Part shown: positions 26,426 through 35,764 of the stretch, piece by piece | Layout of the letters: every line of letters begins with the position of its first letter | Position numbering within the stretch: position 1 is the stretch's first letter | Source of the DNA: Vicinamibacterales bacterium | Lineage (GTDB): Bacteria; Acidobacteriota; Vicinamibacteria; Vicinamibacterales; JAMQPK01 | Assembly (NCBI GenBank): GCA_035937795.1 | Contig: DASZHO010000051.1 | Location: 35,290-99,289, forward strand | Length of the DNA: 64,000 bases | Reading direction: 5' to 3' | Notes under the pieces: model-generated | Seen by the model: the letters and a program-made list of their open reading frames with translations, nothing else | What the model was told of the DNA's origin: nothing | The model's database searches: none | Program-made: the position numbers and the translations under genes

Positions 26426-28255
26426 ATGAAACTCCTCTACTCCTATCTGCGCCACTACCGTTGGCTGATCGCGCTCGCGCTGGTGCTGGCGACGATCAAC
26501 CAGGTGTTTTCCCTGCTCGATCCCCTGATTTTCCGCTACGTCATCGACCGCTACGCCACGAAGTTCGCCGAGTACACAACGGGGCAGTTTTTTCGCGGCG
26601 TCAGCCTTCTGCTGGCTGCCGCCGTCGGCGTGGCGTTCGTCTCACGCGTCGCCAAGAACTTCCAGGATTACTACATCAACCTGATTACCCAGCGGCTCGG
26701 GGCCGAGCTGTACTCCGACGGGATTCATCACTCGCTGGAGCTCCCCTATTCCGTCTTCGAAGATCAGCGGAGCGGCGAAACGCTCGGGAAGCTGCAGAAG
26801 GTGCGCTCGGATGTCGAGAAGCTGATCTCGGCGGCGATCAACGTCCTGTTCACGTCGCTCATCGGCGTCATCTTCGTGATGATCTACGCGTTCAGCGTGT
26901 ACTGGCTGATCGCGCCGGTGTACTTCCTGACGATCCCCGTGCTCGGCATCGTCAGCTCGGTGCTGAGCAAGCGGATCAAGACGATCCAGAAAGTGATCGT
27001 GGCGGAGACCGCCGCGCTCGCCGGATCCACGACCGAGTCGCTGCGGAACATCGAGCTCGTCAAGAGCCTGGGGCTGGGCCAGCAGGAGATTCAACGCCTG
27101 AACGCCACGACCGGCAAGATCCTGCAGCTCGAATTGAAGAAGGTGAAATACCTGCGCAGCCTCAGCTTCATCCAGGGCACGATCGTGAACTTTCTGCGGA
27201 CGAGCATCCTATTTCTGATGCTCTACCTGATTTACGTCCGCGCGATCACGGTCGGCCAGTTCTTCTCGCTCTGGATCTACTCGTTCTTCATCTTCGGGCC
27301 GCTGCAGGAGCTGGGCAACATCATCAACGTCTACCGGGAGACCGAAGCGTCGCTGAACGTCTTCGAAGGCATCCTGCAGATTCCCAAGGACGCGAAACCG
27401 GTGAGCCCGCTGCCGCTCGACGATTTGCGGCGGCTGGATTTCGATCGCGTGACGTTTCAGCACCAGTCGGCGACGGCGCCTGCGGTCAGCGATATCTCCT
27501 TCGGCGTGAAGCGGGGCGAGACAGTCGCGTTCGTGGGCCCATCCGGCGCCGGCAAAACCACGCTCGTGAAATTGCTGGTCGGATTGTATCCGCCGGGCGC
27601 CGGGCGGATTCTCTACAACGGCATCTCGAGCGACGAGGTCGATCTCGACGTGCTCCGGGAGCGAATCGGGTTCGTGACCCAGGACACGCAGCTCTTTTCC
27701 GGGACGATCCGCGAGAATCTGCTGTTCGTGAATCCGAAGGCGTCGGATGCGGAGTGCCTCGAAGCGCTGCACAGGGCCGCGTGCGACAGCCTGCTGGCGC
27801 GGGCATCCAAGGGCCTCGGTACGGTGATCGGCGAAGGCGGCGTGAAAGTATCGGGCGGCGAGAAGCAGCGGCTGTCGATCGCGCGGGCGCTGCTGCGCCA
27901 CCCGCAACTCCTCGTTTTCGACGAAGCGACCTCCTCGCTCGACTCGCTCACCGAGGAGGGCATCGTCGACACGATTCGAGACGTCGCGAGCACGCGGGAG
28001 AGCATCACGATCCTGATTGCCCATCGACTCTCGACGATTCTGCACGCCGATCGCATCTACGTGCTCGAGCGCGGCCGGATCGTGGAAACCGGCCGGCACG
28101 ACGAGCTGGTGGAGTCGAAGGGCCTCTACTATGCGATGTGGAGGCAGCAGATTGGAGAGCGCCGGGGGACCGAGACGGCGCCAGCGGGGCTCAAGGGTCA
28201 AAGCTCAGCGGGCTCAGGGCTCAGGGCTGGGTCCGCCGTGACGGTGCATTCTTGA
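26426..28255 (+). CDS. Fused TMD-NBD ABC exporter (MsbA/MdlB-like)
   Basis: Six N-terminal TM segments, then Walker A GPSGAGKTT, the signature VSGGEKQRLSIARALL and Walker B LLVFDEATSSLD. The last about 35 aa (GTETAPAGLKGQSSAGSGLRAGSAVTVHS) are low complexity and are encoded by a heptamer array. Confidence 0.9.
   Translation: MKLLYSYLRHYRWLIALALVLATINQVFSLLDPLIFRYVIDRYATKFAEYTTGQFFRGVSLLLAAAVGVAFVSRVAKNFQDYYINLITQRLGAELYSDGIHHSLELPYSVFEDQRSGETLGKLQKVRSDVEKLISAAINVLFTSLIGVIFVMIYAFSVYWLIAPVYFLTIPVLGIVSSVLSKRIKTIQKVIVAETAALAGSTTESLRNIELVKSLGLGQQEIQRLNATTGKILQLELKKVKYLRSLSFIQGTIVNFLRTSILFLMLYLIYVRAITVGQFFSLWIYSFFIFGPLQELGNIINVYRETEASLNVFEGILQIPKDAKPVSPLPLDDLRRLDFDRVTFQHQSATAPAVSDISFGVKRGETVAFVGPSGAGKTTLVKLLVGLYPPGAGRILYNGISSDEVDLDVLRERIGFVTQDTQLFSGTIRENLLFVNPKASDAECLEALHRAACDSLLARASKGLGTVIGEGGVKVSGGEKQRLSIARALLRHPQLLVFDEATSSLDSLTEEGIVDTIRDVASTRESITILIAHRLSTILHADRIYVLERGRIVETGRHDELVESKGLYYAMWRQQIGERRGTETAPAGLKGQSSAGSGLRAGSAVTVHS
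28186..28231. repeat. Degenerate GGCTCAG-type heptamer array inside the 3' end of the ABC exporter ORF
   Basis: The sequence is ggggctcaagggtcaaagctcagcgggctcagggctcagggctggg. It contains the same gggctcagggctcaggg core as the array at 63231-63283. Confidence 0.75.
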
Positions 28256-28369
28256 TTTAAAGCGCGTAACAATCATTCCTCCTCTCGCTGAGCCGTTCCT
28301 TCAGATTCCACCATCACGGAAGACCTGGGCCAACTACAATGAACGCCACCAGCTCTTCTGGGGTTCCCC

Positions 28370-31033
28370 ATGGTCCTTGCTGCCGGCACTCGCCTCGGCC
28401 CGTACGAAATTCTCGCGCCGCTCGGCGCGGGCGGCATGGGCGAGGTCTATCGCGCCCACGACACCAAACTTGGGCGTGATGTCGCCTTGAAGTTCCTGCC
28501 AGACAGTTTCGTGCACGATCCCGATCGCGTGGCCCGTTTCCGCCGGGAAGCGCAGGTGCTCGCAGCGCTAAATCATCCGCACATCGGCGCGATCTACGGC
28601 CTGGACGAAGCCAGTGGCCAGCAATTCCTTGTGCTGGAACTCATCGATGGCCAGACGTTGGCGGATCGCCTTGCGAAGGGGCCGCTTCCACTCGACGAAA
28701 CGCTCGCGATCGCGACACAGATAGCGGACGCTCTCCAAGCGGCTCATGAGAAGGGCATCATCCATCGCGATTTGAAGCCAGCGAACATTGCGCTGACGAG
28801 GGACGGCAACGTGAAAGTGCTCGACTTTGGCCTCGCCAAGCCGACCGAAGCGGCGACCGCAGTGCCAGTCGATCTGGCGAACTCGCCGACGTTGACGTCG
28901 CCCGCGATGATGTCCGGCGTTGGCACGATCCTCGGCACAGCCGCGTATATGAGCCCTGAACAGGCGAAGGGCAGAGCGGCGGACACACGTAGCGATATCT
29001 GGGCGTTCGGCTGCGTCCTGTTTGAGATGCTAACCGGCCGGAAGTTATTCGCCGGTGAGACGATCTCCGACACGCTGGCGGCGGTGCTGAAGGACGAGCC
29101 AGACCTGACGCGAGCGCCAGCCCGCGTGCGACGCCTGCTTCGCGCATGCTTACAAAAGGACCCCAAGCAGCGACTGCAAGCGATTGGTGATTCGCGCCTG
29201 TTGCTCGAAGATGCGGCAGAAGCAGAACCAGAGACCAAGAGCAACGTGCGATGGGCGCTGGCCGCAGCAGCGTTCGCCATCATTGCTGCCCTCGCGTTGT
29301 GGGCGCCGTGGCGCCGCCCCGCACCCAACAATGCACAAGCTGCACTACAACTGGATCTCGATCTGGGAGCGGCCGTGGCGCCAACCAACCTCGGCGCGGA
29401 CGCGCTCCTTTCACCAGACGGAACCCGGCTTGTCTTTGTCGCCCAAGGTTCGAACGGAAAGTCGCGATTGTTGACTCGTCGTGTCGACCAGTCGCAGCCC
29501 GTTGAGCTGCACGGCGGTGAAGGAGCGTACGCACCGTTCTTCTCTCCGGATGGACATTGGGTGGCCTTCTTCGCGGGAGGAAAACTGAAGAAAACGTCCG
29601 TGGACGGCGGCGAGCCGGTGATTCTGTGCGAGGCCCCCGCCGGCCGCGGCGGCAGCTGGGGTGAAGACGGCAATATCGTTGTTGCGCTAGATTCACAAGC
29701 GGGCCTGTCTCTCGTTCCCTCCGAAGGTGGGAAGGTTGTTCCGCTGACGACGCTGGCGCCGGGGGAAAACAGCCATCGTTGGCCTCAAGTCCTGCCCGGC
29801 GGCAAGATTGTCCTCTTCACTTCGAACACGACCTTCGGGAATTTCGACGAAGCCAGCATCAGCGCCCTGTCTTTGGCGGATCATAAATGGAAGATCGTGC
29901 TGGAGCGAGCGGGCATGTATCCGCGGTACGTGCCGAGCGGTCATCTGATCTACGTGACCAAGGGGACCCTATTCGCCGTGCCGTTTGACCCCGTCAGCGC
30001 GGAGGTTCGCGGGCGACCCGCGGCCCTGGTCGAGGATGTCTCGAACGATACGACGTACGGGTTTTCGCGGCTCGATTTCTCTGTCGGCGGAATGTTGCTC
30101 TACCGGAGAGGCAGGACGGAAGGCTTGAGAACCGTTCACTGGATGGATAGCACCGGGGGAATAGAGGCTCTAGAAATCGGGCCTGCACTTTACATGTTCC
30201 CCCGCATCTCGCCGGACGGCAGCAAACTGATCTGGATGGTAAACCAGGGGCCGAGCGCAGATCTGTGGATCTACGATTGGCAGCGCGGCAGCAAAACCCG
30301 GCTGACGGACGGCAAGAGTGTGAACGCCTATCCGGTATGGAGCCCAGACGGACGGTATGTCGTCTTCAGTTCGTCGGGAGGCATGTTCTGGACGCGCGCG
30401 GACGGCGCCGGGAAGCCGCAACAGTTGACGGCGAGCAAGGCTCTCCAGTTTCCGACGTCCTTCACACCAGACGGCGGACGGTTGGTCTTTTCAGAATTGA
30501 ATCCCGGTGGCGGTCTCATCCAGACCGTGCTCCTTGACGGAAGCTCCGGGCAGTTGCGCGCCAACAAGCCGGAGGTGTTCCTGCAAACGGTGTCCGCAGT
30601 GCCGTTCCCGGCTTTCTCGTCGGACGGGCGATGGCTGGCCTACGCGGATGCGGAGTCCGGAGGCTATGAGGTGTATGTTCGTGCGTTTCCGGACAAGGGC
30701 ACGAGGTGGCTGATCTCGAATGGCGGCGGAACGATGCCGGTGTGGTCGAGAAACGGGCGCGAGCTGTTCTATCGAACCGAAGACAGTCAGATCATGGTGG
30801 CAACGTACGCAGTGAAGGGCGACACCTTCGTTGCTGACAAGCCTCGAGTGTGGTCAGAGCAGCGACTGGCGAATACGGGCTTGACTCCCAACTTTGACCT
30901 CGCTCCGGACGGGAAACGCTTCGCGGTGCTGATGACGGCGGGAAGCCCCGTGCCGCCCGAAGCGCAAAGCCACGTCACACTGGTGATGAACTTCTTCGAC
31001 GAGCTGCGGCGGATCGCGCCCGCAGCGAAATGA
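28370..31033 (+). CDS. Ser/Thr protein kinase with a TM segment and a C-terminal TolB-like beta-propeller
   Basis: Hanks kinase motifs are present: GAGGMGEVYRA, HRDLKPANI, DFGLA and AYMSPEQ. A TM helix (WALAAAAFAIIAALALWAPW) follows. Repeated SPDG/FSPDG/WSPDG propeller motifs run to the C-terminus. Confidence 0.85.
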   Translation: MVLAAGTRLGPYEILAPLGAGGMGEVYRAHDTKLGRDVALKFLPDSFVHDPDRVARFRREAQVLAALNHPHIGAIYGLDEASGQQFLVLELIDGQTLADRLAKGPLPLDETLAIATQIADALQAAHEKGIIHRDLKPANIALTRDGNVKVLDFGLAKPTEAATAVPVDLANSPTLTSPAMMSGVGTILGTAAYMSPEQAKGRAADTRSDIWAFGCVLFEMLTGRKLFAGETISDTLAAVLKDEPDLTRAPARVRRLLRACLQKDPKQRLQAIGDSRLLLEDAAEAEPETKSNVRWALAAAAFAIIAALALWAPWRRPAPNNAQAALQLDLDLGAAVAPTNLGADALLSPDGTRLVFVAQGSNGKSRLLTRRVDQSQPVELHGGEGAYAPFFSPDGHWVAFFAGGKLKKTSVDGGEPVILCEAPAGRGGSWGEDGNIVVALDSQAGLSLVPSEGGKVVPLTTLAPGENSHRWPQVLPGGKIVLFTSNTTFGNFDEASISALSLADHKWKIVLERAGMYPRYVPSGHLIYVTKGTLFAVPFDPVSAEVRGRPAALVEDVSNDTTYGFSRLDFSVGGMLLYRRGRTEGLRTVHWMDSTGGIEALEIGPALYMFPRISPDGSKLIWMVNQGPSADLWIYDWQRGSKTRLTDGKSVNAYPVWSPDGRYVVFSSSGGMFWTRADGAGKPQQLTASKALQFPTSFTPDGGRLVFSELNPGGGLIQTVLLDGSSGQLRANKPEVFLQTVSAVPFPAFSSDGRWLAYADAESGGYEVYVRAFPDKGTRWLISNGGGTMPVWSRNGRELFYRTEDSQIMVATYAVKGDTFVADKPRVWSEQRLANTGLTPNFDLAPDGKRFAVLMTAGSPVPPEAQSHVTLVMNFFDELRRIAPAAK

Positions 31034-31980
31034 TTCGCGTCACGCACGACCGCGCGGAGTGGGCGCGGACGCGAGAAGCGCTGCTGCCGTCGATACATGA
31101 GATCGATCGGAGCGCCACGCGCATCTGGTTTCATTTTTTTCCCCTACTGTTAGCCGACGCGTTTGCGCGCAGCGAGAAGCCAGCGCAGCTGGCGAGAGAG
31201 CTCCGGCTCGACGGAAGTTACCGGCTCGCCGACCAGATCGACACGAGCCATTGGTTTCTGTACGGCCACCGGTACTGGCCGCAAGTGAAAGCAGCCATCA
31301 TCACGCGAGTCAACGTCGCGTCCTCGGACCAGGACCTGTCGACGGTCGTTCGCGACATCGCGCGAGACGTTGCTTCGGCGCTCAGCGTGGATGAGTCGCT
31401 GGCCGCCGGAATCGCCGCCGTGGGACTGATGACGCTGCAGCAGGTTGGCATGTCAGCGTTCCGAACAATATCCGGCGGGTCTGGCGAGGCTCAGGTTCAA
31501 ACGGGGCTCGCGGGCAGATCGCCCGCGCAGATTCTCGCGGCGCGCAAGAAGGACGACAGGCAAGGCTTCATGGGATTGCTGCGAGGGGCGGAGCAGCGCC
31601 GCTACACGGTGAGGTTCGACGAGCGCGGCGACGACGCCCGCTTCACCGCGATCAACTCACAGCATTTGACGACGGCGTCGGCAAACGACCCGCGCGACTA
31701 TCCGCCGGCTGCCCGGCGCTGCCACGAGGGACCGATCCCGGTCGAGTGCCGCACGGCGTCGTGCGGCACCTGCTGGATCGGGGTGCTTGCGGGCGCCGAC
31801 AAGCTTTCCGACGTGGAAAAGCAGGAGGCGCGCAGGATGAAGGAATTTGGCTATCTCGACTCGGCGGAAGCAAAGCCGTTGATTCGCCTTGCCTGCCAGA
31901 CGATGGCGTCCGGCAACGTAACGATTGTGATTCCTTCCTGGAACGGCTTCATCGGCAAAGCCGGCTTAGGCGGAATGTAG
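31030..31980 (+). CDS. Unknown N-terminal domain fused to a plant-type [2Fe-2S] ferredoxin-like domain
   Basis: The start overlaps the kinase stop (ATGA). The C-terminus has the C-x4-C-x2-C ... C pattern (ECRTASCGTCWIGV ... IRLACQ). I do not recognise the about 220-aa N-terminal domain. Confidence 0.55.
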   Translation: MIRVTHDRAEWARTREALLPSIHEIDRSATRIWFHFFPLLLADAFARSEKPAQLARELRLDGSYRLADQIDTSHWFLYGHRYWPQVKAAIITRVNVASSDQDLSTVVRDIARDVASALSVDESLAAGIAAVGLMTLQQVGMSAFRTISGGSGEAQVQTGLAGRSPAQILAARKKDDRQGFMGLLRGAEQRRYTVRFDERGDDARFTAINSQHLTTASANDPRDYPPAARRCHEGPIPVECRTASCGTCWIGVLAGADKLSDVEKQEARRMKEFGYLDSAEAKPLIRLACQTMASGNVTIVIPSWNGFIGKAGLGGM

Positions 31981-31988
31981 ACGCCACG

Positions 31989-33395
31989 GTGAACGCCGAT
32001 CTCATCCGCCGCTGGCTGCAGCTCGGACAACTCATAGCCGGCGTGTTGACCCTGACGGCGGGAGTTGCTCAGCTCGGGTTCTCGCGGCCTTTCAAGCAAG
32101 ACCGCAATCGGCCGCTTGCGTTTCTCGGCGTCACCGGGCTGTTGTACGGCACACGGCTCCTCGCCAACCTCCCACAAATCCAGGAGCTCATTCCGGCCCC
32201 TCGCCTGTTCTGGCTCTATATCGACACGTGGGTCAGCTACATCATCCTGGTTCCGACGCTCTACTACTTCGAGCTGGCCTTCGGCGGTGGATGGCGCCAG
32301 GCCATTCGATGGATGCGTCGCATAGTGACGCTGTACGCCGTCGCCGCGATGGCCATTGATGCGCTTACCGGGACGCCGGCCGCCGCGAAGGGACCGCTGA
32401 ACTATCTGAGCATCGCCGCGATCGGCGCCGTCTTCGCGAGCAGCTTCGGCGCCCGCCCGACGCCTTTCCAGGGGGTTCGGGTCGTCAGGGCGGGCGTGCT
32501 CGTCTTCGGCGCCTTCGTGCTCTTCGAAAACCTCGTCAGAGCCCGTTGGCTGCCCGGCACCTGGACTGTGGAATGGGCCGGCGTGCTAGTGATGCTGGGG
32601 TGTCTTGGCTATGTGGCCGTCTCGCGCGCCGTGGAGAACGACCGGAGGCTCTACGAGCTGAAGCACGAGCTCGAAACCGCGCGCCAGATCCAGGCATCGA
32701 TCCTGCCGCGGCGGATCCCGGTCATCGAGGGGCTGGCGATCGCGGCGCGTCTCCTGCCAATGACGGAGGTCGCCGGCGACTTCTACGATTTCCTCGAGCT
32801 GGGTGCCGGCCGGATCGGCATCCTTGCCGCCGATGTATCGGGCCATGGCGTGCCGGCCGCGCTGATCGCGTCGATGGTGAAGGTCGCGCTTGGCGCCCAG
32901 GTGGGGCAAGGGGAGAATCCGGCCAGCGTGCTGAACGGGATGAACCAGATTTTCTGCGGCCGGCTCGAGAGCCAGTTCGTGACAGCTGCCTACGTCTATC
33001 TCGACACGGCCGACGGACGACTGCGGTACGGAGCTGCCGGCCATCCGCCGGCGCTGCTGGTCAGGGCGAACGGCGAGGTCGATGACCTTGTCGAAAACGG
33101 CGTCATGCTCGGCCACTTTCCAGACTGGAGGTACACGTGGGTCGAGCGCCCATTTCGGCCAGGCGACCGCCTGATTCTGTACACCGACGGCCTCATCGAG
33201 GTGAGCGACGCGCGCGGCGACTTCTTCGACGCCGAGCGGCTGCGCGCCTTTGCGCGCGATGGCCGAGCGCGGGACGCCGGCGCTTTTATTGACGCGCTGG
33301 TCGGCCACGTCAGCAGCTGGGCCGGGCGCGCCGGCGCGCCCAGGTTCGACGACGACGTCACGGTTGTCGTGGTCGACAGGCTGCCTCTGCCGTGA
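31989..33395 (+). CDS. SpoIIE/PP2C-family phosphatase with an N-terminal multi-TM sensor domain
   Basis: The C-terminal PP2C/SpoIIE motifs are VAGDFYDF, ADVSGHGVPAAL, GHPPALL, LYTDGLIE and DDVTVVVV. The N-terminus has about 7 hydrophobic helices. The start is uncertain. I chose GTG 31989 just after the upstream stop, while the track ORF opens at 31746 inside the previous gene. Confidence 0.75.
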   Translation: MNADLIRRWLQLGQLIAGVLTLTAGVAQLGFSRPFKQDRNRPLAFLGVTGLLYGTRLLANLPQIQELIPAPRLFWLYIDTWVSYIILVPTLYYFELAFGGGWRQAIRWMRRIVTLYAVAAMAIDALTGTPAAAKGPLNYLSIAAIGAVFASSFGARPTPFQGVRVVRAGVLVFGAFVLFENLVRARWLPGTWTVEWAGVLVMLGCLGYVAVSRAVENDRRLYELKHELETARQIQASILPRRIPVIEGLAIAARLLPMTEVAGDFYDFLELGAGRIGILAADVSGHGVPAALIASMVKVALGAQVGQGENPASVLNGMNQIFCGRLESQFVTAAYVYLDTADGRLRYGAAGHPPALLVRANGEVDDLVENGVMLGHFPDWRYTWVERPFRPGDRLILYTDGLIEVSDARGDFFDAERLRAFARDGRARDAGAFIDALVGHVSSWAGRAGAPRFDDDVTVVVVDRLPLP

Positions 33396-33405
33396 GCCAT
33401 CCTGG

Positions 33406-34581
33406 TTAGCCCGGCGACGCGCCCTGGGTGGCCGTGTAGACCGCGTAGAGCGACTGAGACGCCGCCATGAACAGACGATTCCGCTTGGGGCCGCCGAACG
33501 CGACGTTCGCGCACGCCTCCGGCAGGCGAATGCGTCCGAGCAGTTTCCCTTCGGGCGACCAGACCGTGGCGCCGCTGTACCCGATCGAGCTGCCGGCGTT
33601 GCTGCCGCACCACAGGTTGCCGAACACGTCGACGCGAAATCCATCGGGGCCGCATTTGACGCCGTCGACCATGAAATCAGAAAACAGCTTCACGTTCGCG
33701 AGCTTGTTGGCAGCCGTTACGTCGCCGCTCACGATTCCGCCGCGCGCGACGATGTAGACCTTTTTGTAGTCGGGCGAAAAGGCGATTCCGTTGCATCCCG
33801 GGCCAAGATCCTGCTGGCTGATTACCATGTCGACGCGGCCGCTCGGATCGACGCGATAGACATTCCAGTCGAGCTCGCGCCTGAGCAGGCCGGAGCCCGC
33901 GGGTTGACCCGCTTTTGCATTCATCTTGCCGTCGGGATTGCTGGGGCCCCCTGCCACATCGACCTGGCCTTCATAGAGCGATCCGCCGTAGGCGGGATCT
34001 GAAAACCAGACGCTGCCGTCGGGATGCGGCGCCAGGTCATTCGGCGAATTCAAGTGCTTGCCCTGATACGAATCGGCCAGCACGGTGATCGACCCATCGT
34101 GCTCAAAGCGGACGACGCGCCGGGTCAAGTGCTCGCAGGTGAGCTGGCGCCCCTGATGGTCAAACGCATTGCCGTTGCTGTTGTTCGACGGGTAGCGGAA
34201 GACGGTGACACGGCCGTCGTCGTCCAAATACCGCATCTGGCGGTTGTTTGGAATATCGCTCCACACCAGATAGCGGCCCTGGCTCGACCACGCCGGGCCT
34301 TCGCACCAGAGCCCGCCGGTCCATAGCCGTTGAATCGGCGAGCTGCCGACGCGAAGCGCGTTGAATGCAGGATCGATCGTGAGCACATCGGGATCCGGGT
34401 AATTCGCCGGGCCCGCGCCCGGCGTGAAATCGCGCGGGGGATTCGAGATCACGGTCGGCTGGGCCGGCGGAGGCGGCGCCTGAGCTCCCCGCTGCGCGAA
34501 TGCCGCGCGCGGCACGAATGCCGCGACGCCGGCGGCGGCGCCCATCTTGCCGATCAGATCGCGGCGGGACAGTTGATTCAT
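33406..34581 (-). CDS. SMP-30/gluconolactonase/LRE-family beta-propeller protein with a TAT signal
   Basis: Twin-arginine signal (SRRDLIGKMGAAAGVAAF). Family-typical segments are CEGPAWS, NGNAFDHQGRLLTCEH-like and PNDL..HPDGSVWFSDP. Confidence 0.75.
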   Translation of the reverse strand: MNQLSRRDLIGKMGAAAGVAAFVPRAAFAQRGAQAPPPPAQPTVISNPPRDFTPGAGPANYPDPDVLTIDPAFNALRVGSSPIQRLWTGGLWCEGPAWSSQGRYLVWSDIPNNRQMRYLDDDGRVTVFRYPSNNSNGNAFDHQGRQLTCEHLTRRVVRFEHDGSITVLADSYQGKHLNSPNDLAPHPDGSVWFSDPAYGGSLYEGQVDVAGGPSNPDGKMNAKAGQPAGSGLLRRELDWNVYRVDPSGRVDMVISQQDLGPGCNGIAFSPDYKKVYIVARGGIVSGDVTAANKLANVKLFSDFMVDGVKCGPDGFRVDVFGNLWCGSNAGSSIGYSGATVWSPEGKLLGRIRLPEACANVAFGGPKRNRLFMAASQSLYAVYTATQGASPG

Positions 34582-34600
34582 AATCGATCTCCTCGCTCCC

Positions 34601-35551
34601 CTAACGGCGGCGCCTGGCTGCTTTCCGCGGCTTCGGCCGTGCGGTCTTCTTCGCGGTCTTTTTCTTCGCGGCTTTCTTCGCGGTTTTTTTCGTGGTTTGT
34701 TTCGCGGCCGTTTTCTTCGCGGCCTTCGCCGGGGCCGTTTTGCGCTTCGCCGGCTTCGATTTTTCAGCCGTCGAGGCCTTCTTCGAATGGACCGCGAATG
34801 CGGCGCCCTGCGGATCCATCACTTGGGTGATCCAGTCGCCGCCGGGCACTTCCATCGGACCGTTCAGCACTTTGCCGCCGACCTGCGGAACAATGGCGGC
34901 CACCTTTTTCGAATCGGGGACCAGGGCGTACGGAAGCCAGTGCGGCGCAGCCGGCATCTCGGCCGGCTTGTTGAACATCCCGCCGAGCATGTTGCCTTTC
35001 CACCCGAACATTTGGTACGTGTTGCCCGGGCCCATTTCCATCGAATCGAGTTTTTCCCATCCGAACAGCGTCTGATAGAAATTCCACGCCGCCTTCCAAT
35101 CGGTAGTGACGAGCTCGTGCCAGGAAAAATCGCCGAGGCCGGGTTTCCCGTCGCCCGCCGGCCCCGCGCCTGGATTCGGCGTGAAGACCGCGAACACCGC
35201 GCCCTGCGGGTCCTGCAGGATGGCGACGCGGCCGATCTCGGGAATATCCGCCGCCGGCTTCAGAACTTTTCCGCCGAGCTCAATCGTTTGCCGCGCCGTC
35301 ACGTCCACGTTCGGCGTGCCGATATGGCTGAGCCAGTGCGGCGGCGCGCCCATCGCCTTGGCTTGCTCGGGCAGCAGCGTCGAACCGGCCCTCGGCCGGC
35401 CACCGCTGGTGAACAACGTGTAGGACGGATCCTTGTCGTAGGGTTGCGGCGTCCAGCCGACGATGTCTTTGTAGAACTCCGCTGCCGCCTTCGGATCCGG
35501 CGTCATCAATTCATGCCACACAAACCGACCGCGAACCGTCTTGTCAGCCAT
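34601..35551 (-). CDS. Tandem VOC (glyoxalase/bleomycin-resistance fold) protein with a 60-aa Lys/Ala-rich histone H1-like C-terminal tail
   Basis: The start is set at MADKTVRGRFVWHELMT (ATG at 35551). There are two copies of the F.WHEL.T ... DPQGA.F VOC pattern. The tail reads KKASTAEKSKPAKRKTAPAKAAKKTAAKQTTKKTAKKAAKKKTAKKTARPKPRKAARRRR. Confidence 0.7.
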   Translation of the reverse strand: MADKTVRGRFVWHELMTPDPKAAAEFYKDIVGWTPQPYDKDPSYTLFTSGGRPRAGSTLLPEQAKAMGAPPHWLSHIGTPNVDVTARQTIELGGKVLKPAADIPEIGRVAILQDPQGAVFAVFTPNPGAGPAGDGKPGLGDFSWHELVTTDWKAAWNFYQTLFGWEKLDSMEMGPGNTYQMFGWKGNMLGGMFNKPAEMPAAPHWLPYALVPDSKKVAAIVPQVGGKVLNGPMEVPGGDWITQVMDPQGAAFAVHSKKASTAEKSKPAKRKTAPAKAAKKTAAKQTTKKTAKKAAKKKTAKKTARPKPRKAARRRR

Positions 35552-35764
35552 CGCGCCTCCCAGTGAAAGGCGCAATTATAGCTGCATGAAATGACAAGGG
35601 CCGGGCAAAAAAGCCAGGCCCCTGTCACCGTCCAGCTCGAGCCGGACGCCGCGGGTGTACGCCGTGGGAGCTAAGCGGTGCGACCGGCGGAGGCGGCGGA
35701 CGGTCTCCAAGGAGCTCATCGACCCGCTCGGCATTGTCGTACCAGAGGAAGGGCGTCGCGACAG

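Noticed and set aside
35600-35640. Hairpin agggccgggcaaaaaagccaggcccct as the terminator of the DEAD-box helicase gene
   Set aside because: The T/A run lies in the loop rather than after the stem. The stem has a mismatch, and the structure lies about 125 nt beyond the stop codon, so support is too weak to list as a feature.
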